Shown piece by piece: positions 30,296 to 42,200 of a stretch of DNA of 64,000 bases. The notes under the pieces were generated by a model. That model saw only the letters and a list, made by a program, of their open reading frames with translations. It was not told the origin of the DNA and did not search any database. Location: the NCBI GenBank assembly GCA_965230515.1, contig OZ246007.1, positions 23,196-87,195 on the forward strand. Direction: 5' to 3'. The translations under genes were made by a program, and so were the position numbers. Source of the stretch: Pseudomonadales bacterium. GTDB lineage: Bacteria > Pseudomonadota > Gammaproteobacteria > Pseudomonadales > IMCC2047. Each line of letters starts with the position of its first letter. The stretch's first letter is position 1.

Positions 30296-31189
30296 ATGCA
30301 TGAGTTTAGAACCGTAGGAATAGTGGGGCGTCGGGAAGGTAATACTGACGTTGCGGATTCATTAAAACAGCTGGTCGAGTACCTGTTAAAAAGAAACTGT
30401 AATGTGGTGCTGGAAGAGTACGCAGCGCAGCTTCTGCCGGATATGCAGTTAACGGTGCATAGCCATGAAGTGCTTGGCAGTCAATGTGACCTGGCCGTTG
30501 TGGTCGGTGGTGATGGCAGTATGCTGACTGCCGCAAGGGCACTGGCCAAGCATAGTGTTCCGGTAGTGGGTATTAATCGTGGTGGACTCGGTTTTTTGAC
30601 CGATATTTCTCCCGATGAAATGGAACAGAGAATGGATGAGGTTTTGGCCGGTCAGTATACAACTGAGGAGCGCTTTTTACTTCATACCAAAATTCGAACT
30701 CACGAGGATAGTGATGTATCAAAAGGCTATGGCCAGGCTTTGAATGATGTGGTGCTCAGCTCAGGAAAGTCAGCACGCATGATAGAGTTTGAGTTGTATA
30801 TTGATGATCGGTTTGTCTATAGCCAACGCTCAAACGGGCTGATTGTGTCAACGCCAACCGGTTCCACGGCGTACGCTTTGTCTGGAGGGGGGCCGATCAT
30901 GCATCCGGCCATCGATGCAATCGTGCTGGTACCCATGTTCCCCCACACACTCACAGCACGACCGTTGGTGGTAGAAGGTAATAGCCGAATTAAAATTGTA
31001 CCTGGCAGCTTACACGACACCTATCCATTATTGAGTTGTGATGGTCACGAGAATTTTACCATAGCACCTGGCGATGAAGTATTTATCCGCAAAATGGAGG
31101 ATTGCCTGACCCTGGTGCACCCTCTGTCTCATGATTTTTATGAAAGTTGTCGCAGCAAGTTAAACTGGGGGAGCCGGTTAGGGGATTAG
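30296..31189 (+). CDS. nadK: NAD kinase
   Basis: VGGDGSML, GINRG.LGFLT, ALNDVV, STPTGSTAYALSGGGP. Confidence 0.97.
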   Translation: MHEFRTVGIVGRREGNTDVADSLKQLVEYLLKRNCNVVLEEYAAQLLPDMQLTVHSHEVLGSQCDLAVVVGGDGSMLTAARALAKHSVPVVGINRGGLGFLTDISPDEMEQRMDEVLAGQYTTEERFLLHTKIRTHEDSDVSKGYGQALNDVVLSSGKSARMIEFELYIDDRFVYSQRSNGLIVSTPTGSTAYALSGGGPIMHPAIDAIVLVPMFPHTLTARPLVVEGNSRIKIVPGSLHDTYPLLSCDGHENFTIAPGDEVFIRKMEDCLTLVHPLSHDFYESCRSKLNWGSRLGD

Positions 31190-32166
31190 TGGTGAACGCG
31201 GTAGAACAAACGCCGACAGGATACGATATCATCGGCGATGTACATGGCTGTTATGATGCTCTGACAGCACTTCTCGATAAGTTAGGCTATCAATACCGGT
31301 CCGGACGCTATCGGCACACTGAACGGAAAGCAGTCTTTCTTGGTGATCTGCTCGATCGAGGCCCGAAAATCAGAGAAACGTTGCACCTGGTTTACAATAT
31401 GGTTTCGAGTGGCGACGCGTATATGGTGCTGGGCAATCACGAGCTTAATGTGATCAAATTCCATACCCGGTCTCGCGATTCCACCCGAGGTTACCTGAGA
31501 GAACGTAATGACAGGCATACTGATCAGATCAAGGAAACGCTGGACCAATTTTCGGGGTTTGAGGATGAACTGGACAGCTTTATTAATTGGTTCGCAACGC
31601 TGCCGCTGTTTTTGAATTTTGATAATTTTCGCGTAGCGCACGCCTGCTGGGATCAGCAACTGATCGATCAGTACTACAAACAATACCGTTCTGCCACAAT
31701 AAACGAGGACGTATTGCATAGAAGCATGGATACTAAGAGCACGGAGTTCAGGCTGATCAACCGTTTAACGCGTGGGACCAACATGTTACTGCCGGATAAT
31801 GAAGTGATTCAGGGTAGTGATGGATTAAAACGAAGGTCCTTCCGCACAAAATTCTGGTTAAAAAACCCGCAGACCTACGGCGAGGTGATTTTTCAGCCCG
31901 ACCCTCTACCGCGCAAGTTAATAGAAAAAAACCTTACTCAGGAAGACAGGCAAAAGTTAGTGTATTATTCGGCCTCTGAAAAGCCTCTTTTTGTGGGTCA
32001 TTACTGGCGTCGAGGAGCACCGGAGCTGATAAGATCCAATATTGCCTGTCTTGATTACAGTGCGGTTTATGGAGGAAAACTGGTCGCTTACCAGCGACAT
32101 GAAGCCGGTGCATTAGATCCGGGTAACTTTGTTTGTGTCGATGTAGAACATGATAAGCCCAAGTGA
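31189..32166 (+). CDS. Metallophosphoesterase (calcineurin-like)
   Basis: DIIGDVHG, GDLLDRG, GNHE, GHYW; GTG start overlapping the nadK stop assumed. Confidence 0.9.
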   Translation: MVNAVEQTPTGYDIIGDVHGCYDALTALLDKLGYQYRSGRYRHTERKAVFLGDLLDRGPKIRETLHLVYNMVSSGDAYMVLGNHELNVIKFHTRSRDSTRGYLRERNDRHTDQIKETLDQFSGFEDELDSFINWFATLPLFLNFDNFRVAHACWDQQLIDQYYKQYRSATINEDVLHRSMDTKSTEFRLINRLTRGTNMLLPDNEVIQGSDGLKRRSFRTKFWLKNPQTYGEVIFQPDPLPRKLIEKNLTQEDRQKLVYYSASEKPLFVGHYWRRGAPELIRSNIACLDYSAVYGGKLVAYQRHEAGALDPGNFVCVDVEHDKPK

Positions 32167-32181
32167 CAGGCAATTGAGTCA

Positions 32182-33015
32182 ATGATCAAAGCTCTGGTAA
32201 TCCCTTTGTCAAAAGATATACGCCCGCTCAGTCGCCTGCTATGGTCCGAGAGTATATCGCACCGTATTAGTGAGAAAGATGGCCAGCAGGTGGTTTGGGT
32301 TAGCAGAGAACCCGATGCCAGAATTGTGCAGGAACTTTATCATCGTTTTCAGGCAGGAGAGTTGGATGGTCAGATGACCGAAACTGTTCAGCAGCATTCA
32401 GTGTCAACACCCCGGTTTTCGCTGGCACAGGCATGGCAATATCTTCTGGCGTCACCGATTGTATCAGTGTTGATACTGGCCAGTATGTTGGCCACGCTGT
32501 TGCTTTATGGGGTGGAGCAGCCGGTGTTTTTCGCGCTCAGGATGGGTTCGTTGGCTTACATTCTGGAAAGTAGTGAATATTGGCGCTTGATTACACCAAT
32601 TTTCTTGCATTTCGGTTTGATGCACCTGGCCTTTAATTTGCTGATGCTTTGGGTGTTTGGCCACCAAATTGAGATGCGGGGAGAGAAAATACGATTACTG
32701 TTGCTGGTATTTGGTTCGGCGGCGTTATCGAATTCGGCACAATATTATGTTTCCGGTTCAGGCTTTGGTGGAATGTCCGGTGTGGTATTTGCGATCCTCG
32801 CCTATTGCTGGATGTGGGATCGGCTAAATCCGCAGCAGTCATATCACTTTCCCCCCGCATTAATGGGGCTGATGATGCTGTGGTTGGCGCTCGGATTTAC
32901 CAATGTTCTTCGATCGCTTGGATTTGGGGCCATCGCCAATACAGCGCATCTGGTTGGCCTGGTGTTTGGACTCATTTTTGCCTGGGTGATTACTCGAGTA
33001 AAGCGTCCCGTCTGA
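32182..33015 (+). CDS. Rhomboid intramembrane serine protease (GlpG-like)
   Basis: WRLITPIFLHF...HL.FN, GGMSGV, AHLVG. Confidence 0.93.
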   Translation: MIKALVIPLSKDIRPLSRLLWSESISHRISEKDGQQVVWVSREPDARIVQELYHRFQAGELDGQMTETVQQHSVSTPRFSLAQAWQYLLASPIVSVLILASMLATLLLYGVEQPVFFALRMGSLAYILESSEYWRLITPIFLHFGLMHLAFNLLMLWVFGHQIEMRGEKIRLLLLVFGSAALSNSAQYYVSGSGFGGMSGVVFAILAYCWMWDRLNPQQSYHFPPALMGLMMLWLALGFTNVLRSLGFGAIANTAHLVGLVFGLIFAWVITRVKRPV

Positions 33016-33031
33016 TAATTTCACAAAGTAG

Positions 33032-33328
33032 ATGAAAACTATGGAAAAAGATTTTGTTCAATTTTCGCAAAACCTCAGTCCAGAGGTATACCAAAACCTG
33101 AAGCGTGCTCTGGAGTTGGGCAAATGGCCTGATGGCAAAACCCTTTCCCCTGAGCAAAGGGAAACCTGTATGCAGGCTATTATCAGCTACGAGGCGTTGC
33201 ATGTGGCAGAAGAGGAGCGGGCCGGTTATCTGGGGCAAACCTGTCAAAGTAAGAAAAGTGGTCAGGCACCCGAAGCGGCAGGCAATGGTCAAGTAGACTA
33301 CTTTGAACAGGAAGATGACGGTGACTAG
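33032..33328 (+). CDS. YeaC/DUF1315-family protein
   Basis: PEVYQNLKRALELGKWPDG..L..EQ.E.CMQAI. Confidence 0.85.
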   Translation: MKTMEKDFVQFSQNLSPEVYQNLKRALELGKWPDGKTLSPEQRETCMQAIISYEALHVAEEERAGYLGQTCQSKKSGQAPEAAGNGQVDYFEQEDDGD

Positions 33329-33400
33329 ACGGTTCGAAAGGTCAGATTCAGCCTTGAATGCGGGATCGTTTGTCGGGAGCTTTCTGTTTTGGGCTCTGTA

Positions 33401-34216
33401 ATGAGCGGAGGCCTGCGCAAAATGCAGGTTGCACTTGATCGGCCGGTAGCTTACCAGTTACCTCTGTCAGATGAGCTTTTTGCTCTGAATGATTGGTTGG
33501 GGCAAAAAATACGGTTAGCCTTTCAACAACAGATTCACTGTGTGCATTGTGGGCGTAAAACCAATAAGAGCTTTAGCCAGGGCTATTGTTTCCCTTGCAT
33601 GAAAAAATTGGCGCAGTGCGATATCTGTATCCTCAGCCCGGAAAAATGCCACTACGATGATGGCACTTGTCGCGAACCGGAGTGGGGGGAGAAACATTGC
33701 ATGCAGCCCCATTATGTTTATCTGGCGAACTCTTCAGGCGTAAAAGTAGGCATTACGCGAGCCAGCAATATCCCGTCGCGGTGGATTGATCAGGGGGCGA
33801 TACAGGCGATTCCTGTGTTGGCGGTGCAAACGCGGTACCAGTCCGGATTGGCCGAGGTATTGTTTAAACAGCATATCGCGGATAAAACAAACTGGCGGAA
33901 GATGCTCAAAGGTCAGGTTGATAAAATAGATCTAGTCCAGGCGCGGGATGAGCTGTTAGCGTTACTGGCGAACTCGATAGAGGAGATGCAGAGTCGTTTT
34001 GGAATTCAGGCTCTACAGATATGTGAGCAGGCTGAAACAGTGGATATCGAATATCCTGTTCTCGAGTACCCCGATAAAATTTCATCACTGAATTTTGATA
34101 AGACACCGATTATCGAGGGGACGTTACTGGGTATCAAAGGGCAGTATCTGATTCTGGACACTGGCGTGCTAAACATCAGGAAATTCACCGGATACCAGAT
34201 TGAATGCTCCCTGTAA
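33401..34216 (+). CDS. DUF2797-domain protein (Cys-rich)
   Basis: C..CGRKT.KSFSQGYCFPC, H.VYLANSS..KVGITR, RWIDQGA; precedes pepN. Confidence 0.87.
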   Translation: MSGGLRKMQVALDRPVAYQLPLSDELFALNDWLGQKIRLAFQQQIHCVHCGRKTNKSFSQGYCFPCMKKLAQCDICILSPEKCHYDDGTCREPEWGEKHCMQPHYVYLANSSGVKVGITRASNIPSRWIDQGAIQAIPVLAVQTRYQSGLAEVLFKQHIADKTNWRKMLKGQVDKIDLVQARDELLALLANSIEEMQSRFGIQALQICEQAETVDIEYPVLEYPDKISSLNFDKTPIIEGTLLGIKGQYLILDTGVLNIRKFTGYQIECSL

Positions 34217-34291
34217 TAAGCATGTGGTTAACGTTAATTGCTTGCTATAACACATTAATTAAATACCATAACTAATTGAAATAAAACATAT

Positions 34292-36904
34292 ATGAAAGAC
34301 AGTCAGCCCCAAGAAATACGTTTGTCTGATTATCAGGTGCCACCCTATCTTGTTGATGCTACGCGTCTTCATTTCGAGTTAGGGGAAGCGGCAACATTGG
34401 TCAAATCAAATCTGAAACTACGTTTGAATCCGGCCTGCGAGTCCCCAAAAAATGCTCCTCTGGTGCTCAATGGCGTTAATTTGGAGCTAAAGCGGATTGC
34501 CCTGGACGGGGTAAATCTGGGTCAGGATCGCTTTGAAATCGATGGAGAGAATTTAACCGTTCACGAAGTACCCAGGCAATTTGAATTGGAGTGCGTGACG
34601 CTGATAAGGCCTGACCAAAACAGCTCGTTGGAGGGACTTTATAAGTCCAATAAGATGTTTTGTACTCAATGTGAAGCCGAAGGATTTCGTAAAATCACCT
34701 ATTATCCGGATCGTCCGGATGTTATGTCTGTCTTTACCACGACACTGGTGGCGGACAAATCAAAGTATCCGGTGCTGTTATCAAATGGCAATGATATAGA
34801 GCGCGGCGAGATGGATAATGGACGTCATTGGGTGACCTGGCATGATCCTTTTAAAAAGCCCGCGTACCTGTTTGCATTGGTGGCTGGGGATTTAAAACAT
34901 ATTGAGGACAGTTTTCGTACCTGCTCCGGTCGAGATGTGCAATTGCAGATTTTTGTAGAGCCGGAGAATATTGATAAGTGTGAGTTTGCCATGGATTCCC
35001 TGAAACGCTCTATGAGCTGGGATGAGCAGGTTTATGGTCGAGAGTATGATCTCGATAAATTCATGATCGTCGCGGTAAACGATTTTAATATGGGGGCAAT
35101 GGAAAACAAGGGACTCAATATATTCAATTCATCCTGTGTGTTAACCCGGCCTGAAACCACCACAGATGCGGCATACCAGAGAGTCGAGGGTGTGGTGGCG
35201 CATGAGTATTTTCATAATTGGTCAGGCAATCGTGTTACCTGCAGGGATTGGTTTCAGCTCAGTCTCAAGGAAGGTTTTACTGTGTTCAGGGACCAGGAGT
35301 TTTCGGCGGATATGGGGTCACGCACAGTTAAGCGAATAGATGATGTCGCCCTGTTGAGAACCATGCAGTTTGCTGAAGATGCGAGTCCCATGGCGCACCC
35401 GGTGCGTCCTTCATCCTATCTGGAGATATCCAATTTTTATACGGTGACCATCTACGAAAAAGGAGCTGAATTGGTGCGTATGATGCACCAGCTGTTGGGC
35501 CCGGATCGTTTTCGTCAGGGCACCGACCTTTATTTTGAACGGCATGACGGCCAGGCGGTGACGACAGATGAATTTGTCAAAGCGCTGGAGGATGCCAGCG
35601 GTGTTGATTTGACTCAGTTCACCGGTTGGTATTGGCAGGCCGGAACGCCAATGGTAACAGTCAGTGATGAGTATGATCCGGAGCAGTGTGAATATCGCCT
35701 CACGCTTACCCAATCATTGGCACCTGCGTCGATAAAGATAGATTATCAGGCTTTACATATTCCCATCAGGGTTGGACTGCTCGATGGTGAGGGGAATGAA
35801 ATTGAAGATAGAATGCTTGACCTTACCGGGCTGGAACAGACCTTTGTTTTTAAGAATATTAATACCAAACCGGTCCCTTCACTGTTAAGAGGGTTTTCAG
35901 CACCGGTCAAAATTAATTATCCCTATCAACGCGATGAACTGGTGTTTTTAATGACACATGATCAGGATGGTTTCAATCGCTGGGATGCCGGACAGAAGCT
36001 GGCCATTGATATCATTCAGCAGATGATTACGGAATACCAGGCTGAAGGAACCCCCGGCCTTGATAGTCGTTTAGGGAGTGCATTCAGGCTGTTATTGCAG
36101 GATCATAGTCTGGATAAGGCGATGGTGGCACGAATGCTTACGCTGCCATCAGAGGCTTATCTTAGCGAGCTGTCAGAGACGGTGGATCCGCACGCCATTC
36201 ATCATGTTCGCAGAAAGGTGCGCTTCGAGCTTGCTCAGTTATTAAAAGAGGAGTTCATTGCCTGCTATCGGAACAATCTATCGCAAGCAAGCTATGCGCC
36301 AAACGCGGCGGATATCGCACAGCGCAGTTTGAAGAATATTTGTTTGCACTATTTGATGTTATTACCCGATTCGGACGTTCTGGAGCTTTGCCAGCAGCAA
36401 ATTGACAGTAGCCACAATATGACTGATACCAGCGCCGCATTATCGGCACTGGCGCACTCGGCAAACAGAAACGAAAGAACGACCGCGCTGGAAGCTTTTT
36501 ATCAGCGCTGGCAGCATGATCCCCTGGTGGTTGATCAGTGGTTCGCTATTCAGGCGTCCAGTCCGCAGGATGATGCGCTTAGCGAGGTTCTGCGCCTGCT
36601 TGAGCATCCAGCGTTCAGTATTAAGAATCCCAACAAAGTCCGCTCACTGATTGGTGTGTTCTGTAACCAGAATGCGGTGGGGTTTCATCGCAATGATGGT
36701 GCAGGCTACCAGTTTCTCGCTGACAGGGTTATTGAACTCAATGCGATTAACCCATCGATTGCCGCCAGATTATTGGTGCCACTGACACGATGGCGTAAAT
36801 ATACACCGAAGTTGAGTGCAATGATGAAGGAGCAGCTGCAAAGGGTGAGATCCCAGTCCAATTTATCCAAGGATGTTTTGGAGATAGCTTCCAAGAGCCT
36901 TTAG
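34292..36904 (+). CDS. pepN: Aminopeptidase N
   Basis: TQCEAEGFR, GAMENKGLN, HEYFH..W, LKEG, YEKGAE. Confidence 0.97.
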   Translation: MKDSQPQEIRLSDYQVPPYLVDATRLHFELGEAATLVKSNLKLRLNPACESPKNAPLVLNGVNLELKRIALDGVNLGQDRFEIDGENLTVHEVPRQFELECVTLIRPDQNSSLEGLYKSNKMFCTQCEAEGFRKITYYPDRPDVMSVFTTTLVADKSKYPVLLSNGNDIERGEMDNGRHWVTWHDPFKKPAYLFALVAGDLKHIEDSFRTCSGRDVQLQIFVEPENIDKCEFAMDSLKRSMSWDEQVYGREYDLDKFMIVAVNDFNMGAMENKGLNIFNSSCVLTRPETTTDAAYQRVEGVVAHEYFHNWSGNRVTCRDWFQLSLKEGFTVFRDQEFSADMGSRTVKRIDDVALLRTMQFAEDASPMAHPVRPSSYLEISNFYTVTIYEKGAELVRMMHQLLGPDRFRQGTDLYFERHDGQAVTTDEFVKALEDASGVDLTQFTGWYWQAGTPMVTVSDEYDPEQCEYRLTLTQSLAPASIKIDYQALHIPIRVGLLDGEGNEIEDRMLDLTGLEQTFVFKNINTKPVPSLLRGFSAPVKINYPYQRDELVFLMTHDQDGFNRWDAGQKLAIDIIQQMITEYQAEGTPGLDSRLGSAFRLLLQDHSLDKAMVARMLTLPSEAYLSELSETVDPHAIHHVRRKVRFELAQLLKEEFIACYRNNLSQASYAPNAADIAQRSLKNICLHYLMLLPDSDVLELCQQQIDSSHNMTDTSAALSALAHSANRNERTTALEAFYQRWQHDPLVVDQWFAIQASSPQDDALSEVLRLLEHPAFSIKNPNKVRSLIGVFCNQNAVGFHRNDGAGYQFLADRVIELNAINPSIAARLLVPLTRWRKYTPKLSAMMKEQLQRVRSQSNLSKDVLEIASKSL

Positions 36905-36956
36905 CGTTGGTCAGCATAAAAAAGGGGATAGGAAAGTGTATTGAGATTGAAAAGTT

Positions 36957-37002
36957 AAAAAAAGCCCTGGCTTAATAGGGGATGGGAAAGGAGCCAGGGC
37001 TT
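36957..37002 (-). terminator. Terminator downstream of the porin gene
   Basis: AAGCCCTGGCT...AGCCAGGGCTT stem with an A run on the plus strand (U tract on minus). Confidence 0.65.
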
Positions 37003-37038
37003 GTAGTATTGCCGCATAAAAACATTAACTACAAATAC

Positions 37039-38352
37039 TTAAAAGCCATACTTCATGGAGAATATAAACCTGTCCAGGTCGCCGTCGGCACCGCTTTCAA
37101 TTTCGCGTTCAGCATACATATATTCTGCCCCCACCGTAATTTTAGGTGTCGGTGAGTAGAGTAGATTTAGGTGTACGCTATACACTTCTTTGGTCACACT
37201 GCTGCCGGTCAGATCAGTATCATTGTCTGCTGTAAATGCAGATAAGGTTAAATTGGAGCGCCAGTTTTCGTTCCAGAAATGCCTAAGTGATACAAACCCG
37301 GATGTGGAATCGATCGCTTCAAGATCGCCTTTCGCATCGACAACCACACCGTTTGCGGTGTTCAATCCTACGTAGCGGCCCAGTCCACTGCCGCGGGTTA
37401 ACATAAAGCGAATATCGTCACGACCAAGCTTAACCTTACCCGACAGGCTGATACCGAACCCTGTTTCTGTATCATCGATACCGGAAGCGTTATCTTCATA
37501 GCTTAGTTGACGTGCAATGGTGGCAGCACTCAACCAACCCCAGTCTTCCTTATGGGTGTAGCGCATCACGACATCGGGAATCGCATTATCATCCGTGACA
37601 ATTCTTCCGCCACCGCCAAATGGTGTCACGGTTGTTTCGGGATTTTCCAGGGCAAACTGCCAGTTACCGTGGGTGTAGCGAATCTGAGGTTGCCGTTCAA
37701 ACACAGTGCCCTCTGCCGGTCCTACAAAATCGAGGTTTTCGGCCAGTGCACCGACATCCTGAAATGTTGACCAGGTTTGCCCAGCCATCCATTTTCCATA
37801 TTTGACAAAAGCGTGGCGTAATCTAGGCTGATACCCGTTGCTGACACGTTCGTTACCGCCGGGGGCAAGCAGGAAGTCCATCTCGATATAACTGATCAGA
37901 GCTTTGCCATTAAAATCGGATTCTGTTTTAAGGAAAAATCTGGATTCCTTGGCTGAGTAATCAGTATCAGTACTTTCATCCTGCCCGCCGACCGGGATGG
38001 TGCCGGGAATATAGAAGTCACGACCTGCGCTACCTGCTGCCAGATCACCGCCGCTGTAGCTGCTATATGTGGTGTCCGCTTTGATGTAACCGCCAATGGT
38101 CACTTTAGGGCCACGCTTTGAGCTGGTCACCCTTTTGGCATCGGATGCGACAGTAAACTCTTTGACGGTTGTAATCGCCTTATCCTGCGCGGACACTTTA
38201 CCTTCTAGTTTTTGAATCAGTGCTTCCAGATGCGCAATTCGGGATTCAAGTTGCTCTGTTGTTGCTGCAACAGCGGCGTTAGGATTGGCGGTTAAAAGTA
38301 GCGAGCTGATCGCTACACTAAGAGCCAATCGAGTTGGGCTTTTGCTGGTCAT
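37039..38352 (-). CDS. DcaP-family trimeric outer-membrane porin
   Basis: Signal peptide, N-terminal coiled coil, GGYIKAD, PRLRHAF, GQTWSTF, terminal YGF. Confidence 0.88.
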   Translation of the reverse strand: MTSKSPTRLALSVAISSLLLTANPNAAVAATTEQLESRIAHLEALIQKLEGKVSAQDKAITTVKEFTVASDAKRVTSSKRGPKVTIGGYIKADTTYSSYSGGDLAAGSAGRDFYIPGTIPVGGQDESTDTDYSAKESRFFLKTESDFNGKALISYIEMDFLLAPGGNERVSNGYQPRLRHAFVKYGKWMAGQTWSTFQDVGALAENLDFVGPAEGTVFERQPQIRYTHGNWQFALENPETTVTPFGGGGRIVTDDNAIPDVVMRYTHKEDWGWLSAATIARQLSYEDNASGIDDTETGFGISLSGKVKLGRDDIRFMLTRGSGLGRYVGLNTANGVVVDAKGDLEAIDSTSGFVSLRHFWNENWRSNLTLSAFTADNDTDLTGSSVTKEVYSVHLNLLYSPTPKITVGAEYMYAEREIESGADGDLDRFIFSMKYGF

Positions 38353-38420
38353 TTCGATTCCCCACTGGTTTTAGTTTAAACTGCGAGCATAGTTTGCGGA
38401 TATTTGAGCTGAGAGTGTAT

Positions 38421-38497
38421 TAGCGGAAAGTCTATAAATTTGATGAAATAGGGGTGTTTAGGTGGTGGAATCACCAGCAAAACTCGACTAACGTCTA
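38421..38497. promoter_or_regulatory. Two CrbR/ErdR-type boxes between the porin and response regulator genes
   Basis: TAGCG-GAAA-GTCTA (38421-38434) and TCGAC-TAAC-GTCTA (38484-38497). Confidence 0.62.
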
Positions 38498-38584
38498 ATT
38501 GCGCAATCTATCAGATGTGGTGGTATGGCGCTTAACCTAAAAATAAAAACAGATCATCGTTCTCCCCCAAGACAGGATGGCCTT

Positions 38585-39250
38585 ATGTATGTAGCTAATA
38601 AAATAATTATTGCAGATGATCACCCGTTGTTTAGGGATGCGCTGCATCAGGCGATAAAACAGTCATTTGGTGATCTCGATGTTATTGATGCAGATAGTTT
38701 TTCATCATTGCAAAGGGTGATACGGCACCATGATGACAGTGATTTGATCCTGCTGGATTTGCATATGCCCGGTGCCGTCGGTTTTTCAGCGCTTAGCTAT
38801 TTGGGGCTGCAATGCCCACAAATTCCGGTCACCATGATCTCGGCCAGTGAGGACCTGGATACCATCGCCAGGGCGATGGAGTTTGGCGCTGCGGGCTTTA
38901 TTCCAAAATCTTCACAGATCTCTCTCATCGTTGAAGCAATTGAACAGGTTCTGGCTGGTGAGGTATGGCTACCTAAAGGGATGGCTGAGAGGATCAACAG
39001 TGCAGAGCGGCAGGAAACTGATTTTATCGACCGGGTCGCAACTTTGACACCCAAGCAATTCAGAATACTGATGATGTTGACCGACGGGCGCCTGAACAAG
39101 CAGATCGCGGATGAAGTTTGTGTATCGGAAGCGACGATCAAAGCGCACTTGACGGAAATTTTCAAAAAGCTGGGTGTCAGTAACCGTACCCAGGCGGCGG
39201 CAATTGCCGCTACTCATCTGGAGGTTGATACGCCAGATACGGGTGCCTAG
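38585..39250 (+). CDS. crbR: LuxR/NarL-family response regulator CrbR/ErdR
   Basis: IIADDHPLFR, LLDLHMPG, GFIPKS, LTPKQ..G.LNKQIA HTH; paired with the SLC5-fused kinase; start placed at ATG 38585. Confidence 0.85.
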   Translation: MYVANKIIIADDHPLFRDALHQAIKQSFGDLDVIDADSFSSLQRVIRHHDDSDLILLDLHMPGAVGFSALSYLGLQCPQIPVTMISASEDLDTIARAMEFGAAGFIPKSSQISLIVEAIEQVLAGEVWLPKGMAERINSAERQETDFIDRVATLTPKQFRILMMLTDGRLNKQIADEVCVSEATIKAHLTEIFKKLGVSNRTQAAAIAATHLEVDTPDTGA

Positions 39251-39262
39251 GCTTTCAGCAGG

Positions 39263-42200
39263 TTACACTCTAGATTGCATTTGCCGGGAAATTTTAGAAA
39301 TCAGACTTCGCAGCGCTCCCGGATTTACAGGTTTTCGCAGGTATCTATAACCCTCTTCAAGGGCCTGCTCTTTAACTTCCTCACTAAAATCAGCAGTGAT
39401 TAAAACTCCTGGAATCTGGGTTCCAAGTTGTTGTTTGACCGCTTGCATGGCCTCAATCCCTGTTTGCCCCTTATCGAGGTGATAGTCGACCAGCATGATA
39501 TCAATGCCTATCTCTGTATTTTGAGACAATAGCGAGAGCGCATCATCTGCGCAAAGCGCTGCAATAACCTGGCATGACCAGCCATCCAGCAGAGCTTTCA
39601 TCGCATCCAGCACATCCGGATCATTATCAATACAGAGCACATTCAGATTGCTCAGATCCGATGCGCCGAGAGGTCTCCGTTCAGCGGCTTGGCTCGATGG
39701 GGACTGTTCCTGATCACCAGAGGTGTTGGTATTGGTGCTGACAGGGACTTCCAGACTAAAGACTGTTCCTTTGCCCAGCTGCGATTGCACAGATATCGGA
39801 TGACTAAGAATTTGGCTGATGCGTTTCGCGATAGCCAAGCCCAGACCGACGCCCTTGTCATGGCCGCCACGCTGATTATCCAGTTGCTCGAACTCTTTAA
39901 ACATTCTGCTGATGTCTGACTCGGCAATGCCGACACCGGTATCCCATACCTGGATCAGTAGTTTCGGATTCTCGGAGCCGCTTTGTATACGCCTGCAACC
40001 GATCAAAACTCTGCCTTCCCGAGTGTAGCGCAAGGCATTGGACAAAAAATTCTGCAGTATACGTCGAAGTAAATGAGGGTCACTCTCAATAGTTACTGAA
40101 CAGGGCAGGGTATCAAACTGGATATTGCGCTGTTCGGCAATCACGGAAAATTCGTCACATAGGGTCTCCAGGATTTCGGCTACAGGAAAGCACTCTATGT
40201 TGGCCTTAAGTGCACCGCTATCTAATTTAGAAATATCAACCAGAGTATTTAGAATCTCTTCGGCAGATTGCAGTGATTTGGCAATTCTACGAACCAGCTT
40301 TTCGTCACCATCCGGTTGTTGTAACAGTGATGAGGTAAACAGGCGTGCGGCATTCAGCGGCTGCATCAGATCATGGTTAACCGCTGCGATAAAATGGGTC
40401 TTGCTGGCATTAGCCGCGCGCAGTTCCTGGTTGACAACGGATAGCTCCTGGGTTCTTTCGTTAACCCTTTGCTCAAGGTTTTCGTTTATTTCAACCAGTT
40501 CCTGCTGTATTTTTTTATGCTCTGTAATATCACTGAAACTGGTGACAAATCCTCCGCCCGGCATAGGGTTGCCGTGCATTTCCAGTACTGTTCCGTTATC
40601 CCGATAACGCTGAAAGGAGTGTGGCGTGCCGGCAGAAAGAAATTGCAGACGCTTATTCACGTGTGCATCAATATCCCCAGGGCCGCACTCACCGTTTTCG
40701 GCATTGTAGCGAATAACTTCGGCGATCGGTCGTCCAACTTGTATCAGACCGGGCGGATAATCAAACAGCTCCAGATACCGTGTGTTCCATGCGACCAGCT
40801 GTAGATTCTTATCGACCACGCTAATTCCCTGGTCGATATGCTCGATCGTCGTGTGTAACAGATCCTGGTTAAACTGTATTGCCTGTGAAGCTTCATCGAC
40901 GATGTTTACAATATCTTCGATGGGTACGTCTTTCTTTTTGCGTAGCATCGATGTGATAACGAGTCTCGCTGAGGACGCACCGATCGCGCCGGCCAGCAGA
41001 TGTTCGGTAAACCGGACCAACTCGCTATCAGCCTGTTCAGAGGGGCCTAATTCGGCTCCTTTCTCGCGAGCATATTCAGCAAAAGCTTTTTGACTGCTGG
41101 CTTTTCCAATGTAACGCTCTGCCAACAACCGTAACTCGCCTACTTCTGCGGTGCTCCACCAGGGTAATCTTGGTTTGGGTTGTTGTGCTAAAAATGTCTG
41201 GGTGAAATGGGCTGCCTGAATACGATCGGTCAGGCTGGCTGTGCTATTGAGAGAAAAATAGATGTAAAACCAGATGTTGATGGACAGACTCCAGATAAGG
41301 CTGTGTGTGATGGGGTCAAACATATCCAGACCGAATAGTGCATTGGGTCGGAGCCAGCTGATACTCCACAGCCCGTCTTCGATAAATGCTTCCGGTAGCC
41401 ATCCGGTATCAACCAGGGTTGGTAATAGCAGGGTGTAAAGCCAGATTGAGAAGCCGGCGGTGAGTCCCAGTGTCGCTCCTTTGCGATGTCCCTGTTTCCA
41501 GTAAACACCACCAATTACTGCCGGTGCAAACTGGGCTGCTGCGACAAAAGAGATCAAGCCAATGGAGGCAAGTGTTGCGATTTCGCTGATATAGCGATAA
41601 TAGATATAACCCAGTAACAGTATTGCCAGAATGGCACAACGCCGAATGCCAAGTAATAATCCGGTCAGGTCAGACCTTTCCTTAAGGTTTAGCCGGCTAA
41701 TCTTAAACAGCCCGGGCATCACAATATCGTTACAGACCATTGTGCTGAGTGTGATAACGGCCACGATAACCATGCTGGTAGCTGCAGAAAATCCGCCGAT
41801 GAAAGCCGCAAGCGTCAATAGATTGCTTCCCTCTGACATGGGTAAGGTCAGCACAAACATATCGGGGTTGACGGGTAGCCCTTGAAATAACTGGGATCCG
41901 GTAATGGTGATCGGGATGATGATGAGGCAAGTGATCAGCAGGTAAAGCGGAAATAGCCAGCGGGCTGTTTTCAGGTGTGCGCTGTCTGTACTTTCTACAA
42001 AGGTGACATGGAATTGTCTGGGCAGGCAGAAAATCACCATCATCGCCAGTATCGTTGGCGTAATAAAATCGGTATTCCAGAAATGTTCTCCCAGTGATGG
42101 CTCGAACCATAGACGCACCAGTTCGGGAGATCTATTGGCAGCATTTACAAAAGATTGCCAGTCGCCATGAATACCATAAACGGCAAAAACGGCAACGGCG